NCBI GenBank assembly: GCA_021815205.1
Contig: JAKAHD010000002.1
Location: 45,538-109,537 of the forward strand
DNA from: a bacterium
Lineage (GTDB): Bacteria > Patescibacteriota > Minisyncoccia > UBA6257 > GWB1-50-10
Direction of reading: 5' to 3'
Length of the DNA: 64,000 nt
In this document: piece after piece, positions 16,884 through 25,920 of the stretch
How positions within the stretch are numbered: position 1 is the first letter of the stretch
How the letters are laid out: each line of letters opens with the position of its first letter
Notes under the pieces: model-generated
What the model was told of the DNA's origin: nothing
The model's input: the letters and a program-made list of their open reading frames with translations, nothing else
Database searches by the model: none
Translations under genes and position numbers: made by a program

Positions 16884-18050
16884 ATGAAGAAAATTGCGGT
16901 TATGTATTTTCTTGCCGCGCTTATCATTGAATTTGCTGCGGTTTCATACTTTGGGGGAAGCATGGCGTTCTTTCATGTTCCGCAATCGAGTGTGAGGATG
17001 GGGGAGACCTTATCGTCCTCGAGAAACCAACCGGCGATCTCCATTGCGTCAGGAACGGATCCCGCATCGGCGGCGCCGATAAGTACTTCTCCTCAAAAAC
17101 AGAGCACCGCTTCGTCCTCGGGGAAGAAAAAGACGAACCCGACGGTACGAGAGGCGCCGCCGCCCCAGTCCGCATCTTCAGTACCGCAAGTTGATTTACA
17201 AGGAAAAAGTTTTGTGGGACTCTTGTGCCACTTTGGTGCAAACACCGCCGCGATTGCGAACGCGTACGGCAACAGTTCCGGAGAGATCCTCATGAAAGGA
17301 AGCGGGGTCATCGTAAATTCCGAAGGGTATATCTTGACCGTGCGGCATCTTGTCGATCCAAAATGGACGAACTGGGCATATGCCTCTTCAACCTCGGACA
17401 GTATGAAGATCTTAAACAACAATATCACGTTCAAGTACTGCGAGGTTGCGATGCCGACCTCGGATGCGCTGCCCGATATCGCGGTGATTCAGCGCATCAA
17501 TCCGAATATCACCGTGAACCACCCGTTCTTGTATCTTGCGACGCTTGCGTTTGTGCCGCCGCAGGGGAGTTTGAGCGATTATGAGTACGGATATCTTGAT
17601 TTTGCGGTGTTGAAAGTTACGGAGCCGATGCATAATTGCGCGCAGTTCAACGCGTGCACCCTGCCGCGTTCCTATCCCTACAGCCCGTCGCTCTCCGCGG
17701 AGGTGCCGGAAAAGGGGACGAATATCCTGAATTTCGGATATCCCGCGGAGCTCATTAATTCAAGAGCAAGCACCTTCAATGATTTTTATTTGAAGGGTAC
17801 GCTCGGGTACTTGAAGGATTATTTCGGAGGCGATGCGTACTTCAAAAACAAACCCTTCACGTTCGAGTGGACGGCGAACGATGTCCTCGAGGGACGATCG
17901 GGGTCGCCCCTCATGTGGAAGGGGTACATTGTGGGAATTCAGACCTCGACGAACATTGAGAACTCCGCGGAGGACTTTGCGCTCGGCATCCCCGCGATCC
18001 AGCGGATCCTCAAGGAGAATAATTTAGGGGACATCCTTATAACGAATTAA
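16884..18050 (+). CDS. secreted trypsin-like serine protease (S1 family)
   Basis: Signal anchor MKKIAVMYFLAALII; GSGVIVNSEGYILTVRHLV (His) and GRSGSPL (Ser) motifs. Confidence 0.7.
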   Translation: MKKIAVMYFLAALIIEFAAVSYFGGSMAFFHVPQSSVRMGETLSSSRNQPAISIASGTDPASAAPISTSPQKQSTASSSGKKKTNPTVREAPPPQSASSVPQVDLQGKSFVGLLCHFGANTAAIANAYGNSSGEILMKGSGVIVNSEGYILTVRHLVDPKWTNWAYASSTSDSMKILNNNITFKYCEVAMPTSDALPDIAVIQRINPNITVNHPFLYLATLAFVPPQGSLSDYEYGYLDFAVLKVTEPMHNCAQFNACTLPRSYPYSPSLSAEVPEKGTNILNFGYPAELINSRASTFNDFYLKGTLGYLKDYFGGDAYFKNKPFTFEWTANDVLEGRSGSPLMWKGYIVGIQTSTNIENSAEDFALGIPAIQRILKENNLGDILITN

Positions 18051-18053
18051 TGA

Positions 18054-18147
18054 CCGCTGATTCACCCCCCACACCCATGCATGGGTGTGGGGGTGAAGCT
18101 GATTTTCGCCGATACATTATCCGCGGTCATCAGATCACAATCAGCGG
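18054..18147. repeat. MITE-like element Z with nested Y palindrome (18063-18095)
   Basis: ccgctgatt...[caccccccacacccatgcatgggtgtgggggtg]gaagctgattttcgccgata...aatcagcgg; Z copy without insert at 46987-47036. Confidence 0.65.
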
Positions 18148-18203
18148 AGATCAGTTATGAAGAGCGTTGAAAGGCGGCAAAACCTCTGCTACAATTCCTC
18201 CGT

Positions 18204-19457
18204 ATGCGCGAGTCACAGTTATTCTTCAAGACCCAAAAGGACTTCCCCAAGGACGAGGTCGCGATAAACGCCCAGCTTCTCTTGCGGGCTAATTTTATCG
18301 AAAAACTCATGGCGGGCGTGTATTCGTACCTGCCACTGGGGTATCGCGTGCGCGAGAAGATTATTCGCATCATCGAGGAAGAAATGAACGCGTTGGGCGC
18401 GGCGGAGATCCTCATGCCCGCGCTCCATCCCCGCTCGGTGTGGGATGCGACGAAGCGGTGGGAGACGATGGGAAAGATCATGTACCAATTTAAAGATCAC
18501 TCGGGGCGCGAGGTGGGCTTGGGACCCACACATGAAGAAGTGATGGCAGTGATCGGAAAAACCGTGATTGATTCGTACGCCGATCTGCCGCGCGCCGTCT
18601 ACCAGATCCAGACGAAGTATCGTGACGAACCGCGCGCGAAGTCCGGCGTTTTGCGGGGAAGGGAGTTCACCATGAAAGATCTTTACAGTTTTCATACGGA
18701 CGAAGCGTCGCTCGCGGAGTTCTATGAAGAAGCGAAGAAAGCGTACACGAAAGTGTTTACCCGCGCGGGACTCAAGGCGTATGCGACGGAAGCTTCAGGG
18801 GGGGACTTTACGAAAGAGTATTCTCACGAGTTCATGGTGGAAACGAATGCGGGGGAAGACGAGATGATGCTCTGCCGGCTCTGCGGGTTCGCGCAGAATA
18901 CGGAGATCTCAAAGCTGAAGTCGGGGACACAATGCCCGAAATGCCAGAGCGGCGTCTTGGACAAGGTAACGAGCGTCGAAGTCGGAAATATCTTCAAACT
19001 CGGGACGAAGTTTTCGGAGCCCGTCGGATTCACCTACAAGAATCAGGAGGGGAGATCGATGCCCGTCGTGATGGGTTCGTACGGAATCGGTATCGAGCGG
19101 CTCTTGGGCACGATCGTCGAGGTGCATCATGACGACAAAGGGATTGTATGGCCAGAGGCCGTCGCCCCCTTTAAGGCGCATCTCCTCCGCATCGGGGAGG
19201 CGACCCCGGAGCTTCAACGACTCTCGGAAGAAACGTATCACGCGCTCCAAAAAAGCGGTGTCGAGGTGCTCTTTGACGATAGGGAGAGAGCGAGTTCCGG
19301 AGAGAAATTTTTCGACGCCGATCTCATAGGAATTCCGTGGCGCATCGTGGTGAGCGAGAAGACGCTCGTCCGGGAGAAGGTCGAACTCAAGCGCCGGAAT
19401 GAGCAAGAGGTAAAAGTAATTACACTGAACGCATGCATAAAATCACTTACTCTATAG
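18204..19457 (+). CDS. proS: prolyl-tRNA synthetase (class II, no INS editing domain; Zn-ribbon insertion)
   Basis: Class II motifs; 417 aa; CRLCGF...CPKCQSG. Confidence 0.9.
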   Translation: MRESQLFFKTQKDFPKDEVAINAQLLLRANFIEKLMAGVYSYLPLGYRVREKIIRIIEEEMNALGAAEILMPALHPRSVWDATKRWETMGKIMYQFKDHSGREVGLGPTHEEVMAVIGKTVIDSYADLPRAVYQIQTKYRDEPRAKSGVLRGREFTMKDLYSFHTDEASLAEFYEEAKKAYTKVFTRAGLKAYATEASGGDFTKEYSHEFMVETNAGEDEMMLCRLCGFAQNTEISKLKSGTQCPKCQSGVLDKVTSVEVGNIFKLGTKFSEPVGFTYKNQEGRSMPVVMGSYGIGIERLLGTIVEVHHDDKGIVWPEAVAPFKAHLLRIGEATPELQRLSEETYHALQKSGVEVLFDDRERASSGEKFFDADLIGIPWRIVVSEKTLVREKVELKRRNEQEVKVITLNACIKSLTL

Positions 19458-19462
19458 GAGGT

Positions 19463-20488
19463 ATGACTGTCAAGAAAGTCATCGGAATTGATCTCGGGAC
19501 CGACACCACGCAGGTGTACCTGAAGGGCACGGGCATTATTGTGAACGAGCCCTCGATTGTGGCGTTCAATAACCGTACGAACCGAATTGTCGCGGTGGGG
19601 AGCGATGCCAAGCGGATGCTCTCGCGCACGCCGAGCCACGTGACCGCCTTACACCCCATGGTGAACGGCGTGATCGGCGATTTCGACATGGCAAAGGAGA
19701 TGATGCAGCGCTTTCTAAAAATGAAACATATTCCGTGGTCGTGGTTCACGGAAACCGTGGTAAGCGTGCCGACGAATCTTACGGAAGTGGAGCGGAAGTC
19801 GGTCGAGGATCTCCTGCGGGAAGTAGGAGTGAACAAGGTGCATTTGATCGAGCAGCCGATCGCGGCGGCCTTGGGAAGCGGGCTCGATATCAATCAACCC
19901 ACCGCCTACCTCATTGTCGATATCGGGGCGGGAACGACCGACATGGCGATTATTTCCATGAACGGGGTTGTGGCGTCGCGCCGTTTGAAAATCGCAGGGG
20001 ATTATTTGAACCAGGAGATCATCAAAGGCATGAAAGAAGAGCTTAAACTTCATATCGGCGAGCCCACCGCGGAGGAGATAAAGATTGGAGTGGGGGAGGC
20101 GATACCGCAGAGCGAGCGGCTCGACCTTGTGGTCCGCGGCCGCGACGCGGGAAGCGGCCTGCCGCGCGAAGCGGTTATTAAGGATACACAGGTACGGTAC
20201 TGGCTCACGAGGCCCTTGAAGCTCATTATCGAATCCTTGAAGGAACTCATCGATATCACTCCTCCCGAGCTCGTAGGGGATGTGTATAAGAACGGAATCT
20301 ATCTTTGCGGCGGAGGAAGCCTCTTGCGCGGCGTTGAGCAGTTGTTCGAAAAGGAGATCGGCGTCGAGGTGCACCTCGTGGACGAGCCGCTCTTGTGCGT
20401 TGCGCGGGGAACCGGCCTCGTTGCCGAACACATTGATGCGTTTGCGGCGATCGTGGACACGTTCTCAAGCGCGAAGGTCGCATTATAA
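19463..20488 (+). CDS. mreB: MreB-like actin homolog, paralog 2
   Basis: MTVKKVIGIDLGTDTT..NEPS.VA; directly upstream of mreC-mreD-PBP2. Confidence 0.85.
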   Translation: MTVKKVIGIDLGTDTTQVYLKGTGIIVNEPSIVAFNNRTNRIVAVGSDAKRMLSRTPSHVTALHPMVNGVIGDFDMAKEMMQRFLKMKHIPWSWFTETVVSVPTNLTEVERKSVEDLLREVGVNKVHLIEQPIAAALGSGLDINQPTAYLIVDIGAGTTDMAIISMNGVVASRRLKIAGDYLNQEIIKGMKEELKLHIGEPTAEEIKIGVGEAIPQSERLDLVVRGRDAGSGLPREAVIKDTQVRYWLTRPLKLIIESLKELIDITPPELVGDVYKNGIYLCGGGSLLRGVEQLFEKEIGVEVHLVDEPLLCVARGTGLVAEHIDAFAAIVDTFSSAKVAL

Positions 20489-20490
20489 AC

Positions 20491-20590
20491 CCCTCACATA
20501 ACAGAGAAGTTAAGAGGGAGATAGTTGAGCAGTATGAAAACCCAAGGTTTTAGTACAAGTCGATTGAGTCACGAGTTATGTGAGAGATGA
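20491..20590 (+). promoter_or_regulatory. leader element V copy 2: IR plus 18-aa uORF (20534..20590) ATGA-coupled to mreC
   Basis: ccctcacataac(20491-502) / gttatgtgagag(20575-586); uORF MKTQGFSTSRLSHELCER, stop TGA 20588-90 overlaps mreC ATG 20587-89. Confidence 0.6.
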
Positions 20591-21309
20591 GACCGTTTAG
20601 GAATCTCGTTGCGGGAGCGGTTGCGCTTATACTGCTTCTTATCATTCTTGTATGGCAGGATCCGATCGTGCATTTTTTTGAGAATGTACGCGTATTTTTT
20701 GCAGGTTCGGCGGACCCCTCATTCAATTATGGTTCATTTGAGTCGCTCAAGATCGAGAATGCCGCGCTCCGCACCCAGTGTGCCGCGGCCTCATCTTCCC
20801 CGCGCGCTCCGTGGTTTTCGACGAGTTCCGCGGACCGCGCGCGGTATAACCTCCGTGAAGTACAAATCTACTCCCGCTACCCGTTCAATAATGAGGCGTC
20901 GGTTTCGATTAATGCGGGCTCGGAGGATGGAATACGAGCGGGAATGCCGGTCTTAGCCGCGCCGGGGGTGTTGTTCGGGAAGGTGAAAACGGTGGAGCGG
21001 ACGCGGAGCGAAGTCGAAACGATCTTTGATCCCTCCTGGCGCAGTACGGTACTTGTGGGAGACGCCCGCACGAAGGCGGTCTTTGTCGGCGCGTCCTTCC
21101 CGTATCTTGATCTTATCCCGAAAAACGCTTCGACTACGGCGGGAGATGTCATTCTTAATGCGGATCCCGATTTTCCATTGAATCTCCTCATCGGAAACGT
21201 CGCCTCCCTTCAAGAGGGTGCGAATGCGCTCTGGCTCCAGGCAAAAGTGGATCCTTCGTTCCGATTCGATGCGCTTCGCCGGGTATTTGTCGTTCTCAAC
21301 TATCCGTAG
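20587..21309 (+). CDS. mreC: rod shape-determining protein MreC
   Basis: N-terminal TM, coiled coil, C-terminal beta domain (GMPVLAAPGVLFGKV..V....S.V); synteny mreB-mreC-mreD-mrdA. Confidence 0.8.
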   Translation: MRPFRNLVAGAVALILLLIILVWQDPIVHFFENVRVFFAGSADPSFNYGSFESLKIENAALRTQCAAASSSPRAPWFSTSSADRARYNLREVQIYSRYPFNNEASVSINAGSEDGIRAGMPVLAAPGVLFGKVKTVERTRSEVETIFDPSWRSTVLVGDARTKAVFVGASFPYLDLIPKNASTTAGDVILNADPDFPLNLLIGNVASLQEGANALWLQAKVDPSFRFDALRRVFVVLNYP

Positions 21310-21317
21310 TACGTTCC

Positions 21318-21800
21318 ATGGCACACAAAGTCGCCATCGCATGGGCGCTACTCACAATACTTCTCTTCAGCGAAGCGGCGCGGCTCTTCGAGATCGGGGG
21401 TATCGCTCCGAATCTTGTTATTGTCTTTTTTGCCGTGCTTTTTACGGGGACGCGGTTCGGGGGATCGTTACGCGCCGCTCCTTTTTTCGCGCTCCTCTTC
21501 TTTCTTATGGCGGCGGGCGCGCTCCTCTTTCCTTTCTGGTTTTTGGAGTTCCTCATACTCTCTTCCGTAATCGGCGTGCTCTACGGCGCGCGCAAGAAGC
21601 TCGTCGGGACGCCTTTTTTTGATCTGCTGCTTTTCTGTATCGGAGGCACGGCGCTCTTCTATGCCCTACTCGCGGTCGCAGGCACGAGTCCATTTTTTGC
21701 GGGACGCGTAACGGAAGAAGCGCTCGTGACGACCGCGTATGGAGTCGTATCCTGGCTTGTGGTACGGTATGGAGTGTATGCACGGAGACCTCAACCTTGA
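21318..21800 (+). CDS. mreD: rod shape-determining protein MreD (polytopic membrane protein)
   Basis: 160 aa, ~5 TM helices; position between mreC and PBP2. Confidence 0.55.
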   Translation: MAHKVAIAWALLTILLFSEAARLFEIGGIAPNLVIVFFAVLFTGTRFGGSLRAAPFFALLFFLMAAGALLFPFWFLEFLILSSVIGVLYGARKKLVGTPFFDLLLFCIGGTALFYALLAVAGTSPFFAGRVTEEALVTTAYGVVSWLVVRYGVYARRPQP

Positions 21801-23628
21801 AGACATACTGACCGACCGCGCCGTCGAAGAAGACCTCCTCGAAGTGCCGCTCACCGACAAGGTATTTAGGCGCTTTTCCTGGATCTCGGGGATCGTGATA
21901 TTTCTTGTGCTCGCACAGATCGTGAACGTGGGAGTATTCCAGCACGGGTTCTATGTGAAGCGCGCGATCGCGAATATGAGCGATATAAAAACGGAGGTTG
22001 CGCCGCGCGGAATTATCTATGATCGTTTCGGAAATCCGCTTATCAAAAACGATCCCGCATTCGATGCGTTTCTTGTTCCGAGCGAACTGCCGAAAGACGC
22101 CGATTCGAGGAGCGCCATTATTGCGAGAGTAAGTAAGCTGCTCGGCCTACAGGAGGCGGAGGTGCGGATGAAGATCGAGAAACGGGACTGGAGTTTGCGC
22201 TCGGACCTGCTCTTGAAACACGCCATTTCGCACGATGAGATCGTTGCGCTTTCTTCCGCAGCGCTCCAGGGGATTCAGATCACCCCCTCGTTTGAGCGAG
22301 TGCCCATTATACCCTTTACGTTCGCGCATCTTTTGGGATATACAGGACTCGTGAACGAGAGCGACCTAAGGGGAAATCAGAATCTCGCCATTGACGATCA
22401 AGTAGGAAGAGCCGGACTTGAGCGCGTGTACGACACCTACCTCCGCGGAGCGGATGGGAAAACCATGATCGTAACAAATGCGCGGGGCGAGCGGCAGAAC
22501 GAACGGGTGATTGCGCAGCCGACGATAGGCGATTCCCTCGCCACCTATATTGATAAGGATATGCAGCGTTATTTTTACGACGAGCTGCAGACTAAGATTC
22601 GCGCGCTCGGAAGAAACGTTGGGGTGGGAATCGCAATGAATCCCCAGAACGGAGAAGTGCTCGCACTCTTCAGCATTCCTTCATACGATTCAAATCACGT
22701 CGCGGCGTCCCTGAACGCGCCCTTTAATCCGATGTTTAACCGCGCGGTGAGCGGGCTCTACAGCCCGGGTTCGACCGTAAAGCCGCTTGTCGCGACTGGA
22801 GCTCTGGCGGAGGGGATACTGGACCCGAACCATGAGATCTACTCCCCGGGGTATCTCGATATCCCAAATCCGTACGACCCCTCGCATCCATCCCGATTTC
22901 TGGATTGGCAGCCTCAGGGATGGGTGAATCTCTTCTCCGCACTTGCGCGTTCGAGCGATGTCTACTTCTACGAAGTGGGCGGGGGATTTGGCGATCAGCG
23001 GGGCTTGGGCATTACGCGCCTTAGAAGCTGGTGGGAGAAGTTTGGATTGAACGTAACAACAGGGATTGATCTGCCGAACGAGAATGCGGGCTTTCTCCCC
23101 GACCCGCAATGGAAAGAGCGGGTGAAGGGTGAACCGTGGCGCCTCGGCGATACCTTCAATGTTTCGATCGGGCAGGGCGATCTCGTGATTACGCCGATCG
23201 AGCTTCTTAATTATGTGAACGCGATTGCGAATGGAGGGAAATTCGTTACGCCTCGTGTTATGAAAGATATAAAAGACGCGCAAGGGAACATCGTTCTTAA
23301 GAGCGCCCCCTCGGTGCGTGCTGACATAAGTTCCGAGATAGGAAAAGTTCTTCCTCTTGTGCGGCAAGGTATGCGCGACACGGTAATGAAACCCTACGGC
23401 ACCGCGTATCTTCTGCATGATCTTCCCATCGAGGTTGCGGCGAAGACCGGTTCCGCGCAAGTCGAAAATAACGCGAAGACGAACGCATTTTTCGTTGGGT
23501 ACGCGCCGTACCAAGATCCGCAGATTGCGATCGTGATCCTTGTCGAGAATGCGAGAGAAGGGAGCTTGAACGTAGTGCCGGTAGCGCGGGATTTCTTTCT
23601 GTGGTACTATAAGAACAGAATGAAATAG
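21739..23628 (+). CDS. mrdA: penicillin-binding protein 2 (class B PBP)
   Basis: SxxK (STVKP), SxN, KTG(S) motifs; N-terminal TM; start may be 21769 (MECMHG). Confidence 0.85.
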   Translation: MESYPGLWYGMECMHGDLNLEDILTDRAVEEDLLEVPLTDKVFRRFSWISGIVIFLVLAQIVNVGVFQHGFYVKRAIANMSDIKTEVAPRGIIYDRFGNPLIKNDPAFDAFLVPSELPKDADSRSAIIARVSKLLGLQEAEVRMKIEKRDWSLRSDLLLKHAISHDEIVALSSAALQGIQITPSFERVPIIPFTFAHLLGYTGLVNESDLRGNQNLAIDDQVGRAGLERVYDTYLRGADGKTMIVTNARGERQNERVIAQPTIGDSLATYIDKDMQRYFYDELQTKIRALGRNVGVGIAMNPQNGEVLALFSIPSYDSNHVAASLNAPFNPMFNRAVSGLYSPGSTVKPLVATGALAEGILDPNHEIYSPGYLDIPNPYDPSHPSRFLDWQPQGWVNLFSALARSSDVYFYEVGGGFGDQRGLGITRLRSWWEKFGLNVTTGIDLPNENAGFLPDPQWKERVKGEPWRLGDTFNVSIGQGDLVITPIELLNYVNAIANGGKFVTPRVMKDIKDAQGNIVLKSAPSVRADISSEIGKVLPLVRQGMRDTVMKPYGTAYLLHDLPIEVAAKTGSAQVENNAKTNAFFVGYAPYQDPQIAIVILVENAREGSLNVVPVARDFFLWYYKNRMK

Positions 23629-23632
23629 CGTA

Positions 23633-23745
23633 GCTACGAAATACGAATTTTCTACGAATATACGAATCTCCACGTCGTTCTGATTTACCTCCGGCGGAGA
23701 AGACCCTTCGTGTTCGTATATTCATAATCAATTCGTAATTCGTAG
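23633..23745. repeat. TACGAA-type intergenic imperfect palindrome (T-element copy 3)
   Basis: gctacgaaatacgaattttctacgaatatacgaa / ttcgtatattcataatcaattcgtaattcgtag between PBP2 and greA. Confidence 0.8.
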
Positions 23746-23753
23746 AGAATCAC

Positions 23754-24212
23754 ATGCAAAATTATTTAACAAAGGAACGACATGAGGAGCTTGTCGCGGA
23801 GTTAGATGATTTAAAGACGAAAGGGCGGCAGTCGGTTTCTGAGCGGCTGCGGCACGCGAAGGATCTGGGTGATCTCTCGGAGAACGCGGAGTATCAGGCG
23901 GCGCGCGAAGAGCAGTCGCTTTTGGAGCAGAAGATAGTCCAGCTCGAGTCGCTTTTGAAGTACTCGTCGATTATCGAGCACCAGCCGAAGGGAGGTACGG
24001 CGGTGCGGCTCGGATCGAAAGTGAAAGTGAAGAAGAATGGGTCGTCCGTCGAGTACACGCTCGTGGGCTCGAACGAGGCGGACCCCTTTCAGAATCTTAT
24101 CTCGAACGAGTCGCCCTTGGGGCGCGAGCTCCTTGGAAAGAATGTGGGGGATACGATACAGGTGCAGACGCCGAAAGGAACGGCAGAATATATAATCGAA
24201 GAAATTCACTGA
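23754..24212 (+). CDS. greA: transcription elongation factor GreA
   Basis: LT..G...L..EL..L....R..V...I..A...GDLSENAEY..A...Q. Confidence 0.9.
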   Translation: MQNYLTKERHEELVAELDDLKTKGRQSVSERLRHAKDLGDLSENAEYQAAREEQSLLEQKIVQLESLLKYSSIIEHQPKGGTAVRLGSKVKVKKNGSSVEYTLVGSNEADPFQNLISNESPLGRELLGKNVGDTIQVQTPKGTAEYIIEEIH

Positions 24213-24214
24213 GG

Positions 24215-24320
24215 GCTACGAAATACGAATTTTGTATGAATATACGAAAATACGAGATCCTTCACTTCGTTCAGGATGACGGCTGTATTCGTATATTCGT
24301 AAGTGATTCGTATTTCGTAG
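24215..24320. repeat. TACGAA-type intergenic imperfect palindrome (T-element copy 4; W-element fragment in centre)
   Basis: gctacgaaatacgaattttgtatgaatatacgaaaatacga...attcgtatattcgtaagtgattcgtatttcgtag; centre gatccttcacttcgttcaggatgac. Confidence 0.8.
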
Positions 24321-24340
24321 CATAATCTTAATAGAGTTCA

Positions 24341-25783
24341 ATGTTAGAGGACATCATGCAAGAACGGCGGGAAAAACTTTCCCGCTATACAAAAGAAGCG
24401 GATCCGTATCCGGCCCGCGTGAAGAGAACCGTAACGGCGCATGAGGCGCTTCTTCGGTTCGGCGCATTCCTAAAGGCAAACAAAACGATATGGCTTACGG
24501 GGAGAGTGATGAGTATGCGCGACCAGGGAGGGATCGTGTTTTTGCATATTGAGGATAAAAGCGGAACGATTCAAATCATCTTGAGAAAAGAAGAAACGAA
24601 AGGGTTCCGGGTGCTTCAGAAGACGCTCGACAAGGGCGACTTCCTTGAGGTTGCGGGGAAGGCGATGAAGACGAAGCGAGGGGAGAAGAGCGTGCTCGCA
24701 TCGCGGGCGCGGATTATCGCGAAGAGTCTCCGGCCCATTCCCGATTCGTGGTTCGGGCTCGAGGATGCGGAGACGCGCCTTCGGAAACGTTACCTCGATG
24801 CGATCGTGCACCCCGAAACCAGAGAACTCATGGAAAAGAAAGCGGTGTTTTGGGAGACCGTTCGGGAATTTCTGAAGCACGCATCGTTTCTGGAGGTCGA
24901 GACGCCCGTCCTGGAGCCGATTCCGGGAGGCGCCGAGGCGGAACCCTTCATCACGCACCATAACGCTTTGGACAGGAACTTCTATCTCCGCATCTCGCTT
25001 GAACTCTCATTGAAAAAGATGCTTGTCGCCGGACTTGAGCGGGTATTTGAGATTGGAAGGATTTTTAGGAACGAGGGGATCGATCGCGAGCATCTACAGG
25101 ACTACACGCAGATGGAGTGCTACATGGCGTATGCGGACTATCACGACATGATGCGGCTTACCGAAAAAATGTTCAAAGCAATCGTGAAACGAACCTGCGG
25201 GACATTCACCACCTCTCAAGGAGGAAAGAAGGTAAACTGGGGAACAAAATGGAAGAGCGTTGACTATTATGCGGCGTTCAAAAGATATAACGGCATCGAT
25301 TTGAAATCCGCGCCGGTCGAATCTCTGCGCGCTCGCGCGCGCGAGCTCGGCATCCCGCTCGATGCGTCCGTCGGGAAGGGAAAACTTATCGATCTTATAT
25401 ACAAAAAAACGGTGCGCCCGAAACTCGTGAATCCTTGTTTTCTCGTGAATCCTCCGGTTGCGATCGAGCCGCTCGCAAAACGCGTGCCGGAAGACCGGGA
25501 TCGCGTGGAGCGATTCCAGATTGTCGCCCTCGGTACGGAGCTCGGAAAAGGATTCTCGGAGTTGAACGATCCGATCGATCAGCGGGCGCGATTCGAGGAG
25601 CAAATGGCGCTTCGAGACGCGGGCGACAAGGAAGCGCAGATGCTCGACGAAGATTTTATAGAAGCATTGGAATACGGCATGCCTCCCGCCGCCGGGTTTG
25701 GCATGTCGGAGCGCTTTTTTGCGGTTTTGATGGACAAGCCCGTACGGGAGACGGTATTTTTTCCTTTGATGAGAGAACGGTGA
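24341..25783 (+). CDS. lysS: lysyl-tRNA synthetase (class II)
   Basis: OB anticodon-binding domain then class II core (FLEVETP, RISLEL..K, FEIGRIFRNEG, ELG.GFSE). Confidence 0.9.
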   Translation: MLEDIMQERREKLSRYTKEADPYPARVKRTVTAHEALLRFGAFLKANKTIWLTGRVMSMRDQGGIVFLHIEDKSGTIQIILRKEETKGFRVLQKTLDKGDFLEVAGKAMKTKRGEKSVLASRARIIAKSLRPIPDSWFGLEDAETRLRKRYLDAIVHPETRELMEKKAVFWETVREFLKHASFLEVETPVLEPIPGGAEAEPFITHHNALDRNFYLRISLELSLKKMLVAGLERVFEIGRIFRNEGIDREHLQDYTQMECYMAYADYHDMMRLTEKMFKAIVKRTCGTFTTSQGGKKVNWGTKWKSVDYYAAFKRYNGIDLKSAPVESLRARARELGIPLDASVGKGKLIDLIYKKTVRPKLVNPCFLVNPPVAIEPLAKRVPEDRDRVERFQIVALGTELGKGFSELNDPIDQRARFEEQMALRDAGDKEAQMLDEDFIEALEYGMPPAAGFGMSERFFAVLMDKPVRETVFFPLMRER

Positions 25784-25786
25784 TAT

Positions 25787-25901
25787 GCTACGCAATACGA
25801 ATTTTGTAGGAATATACGAAAACGAAGAATATGCAAGCAGCGTGTTACTGAGCGGTATGTGTTGTACATTCGTATATTCGTAATTAATTCGTATTTCGTA
25901 G
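25787..25901. repeat. TACGAA-type intergenic imperfect palindrome (T-element copy 5)
   Basis: gctacgcaatacgaattttgtaggaatatacgaaaacgaa ... attcgtatattcgtaattaattcgtatttcgtag between lysS and serS. Confidence 0.8.
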
Positions 25902-25920
25902 CGAATTTTTATAGAAAATT

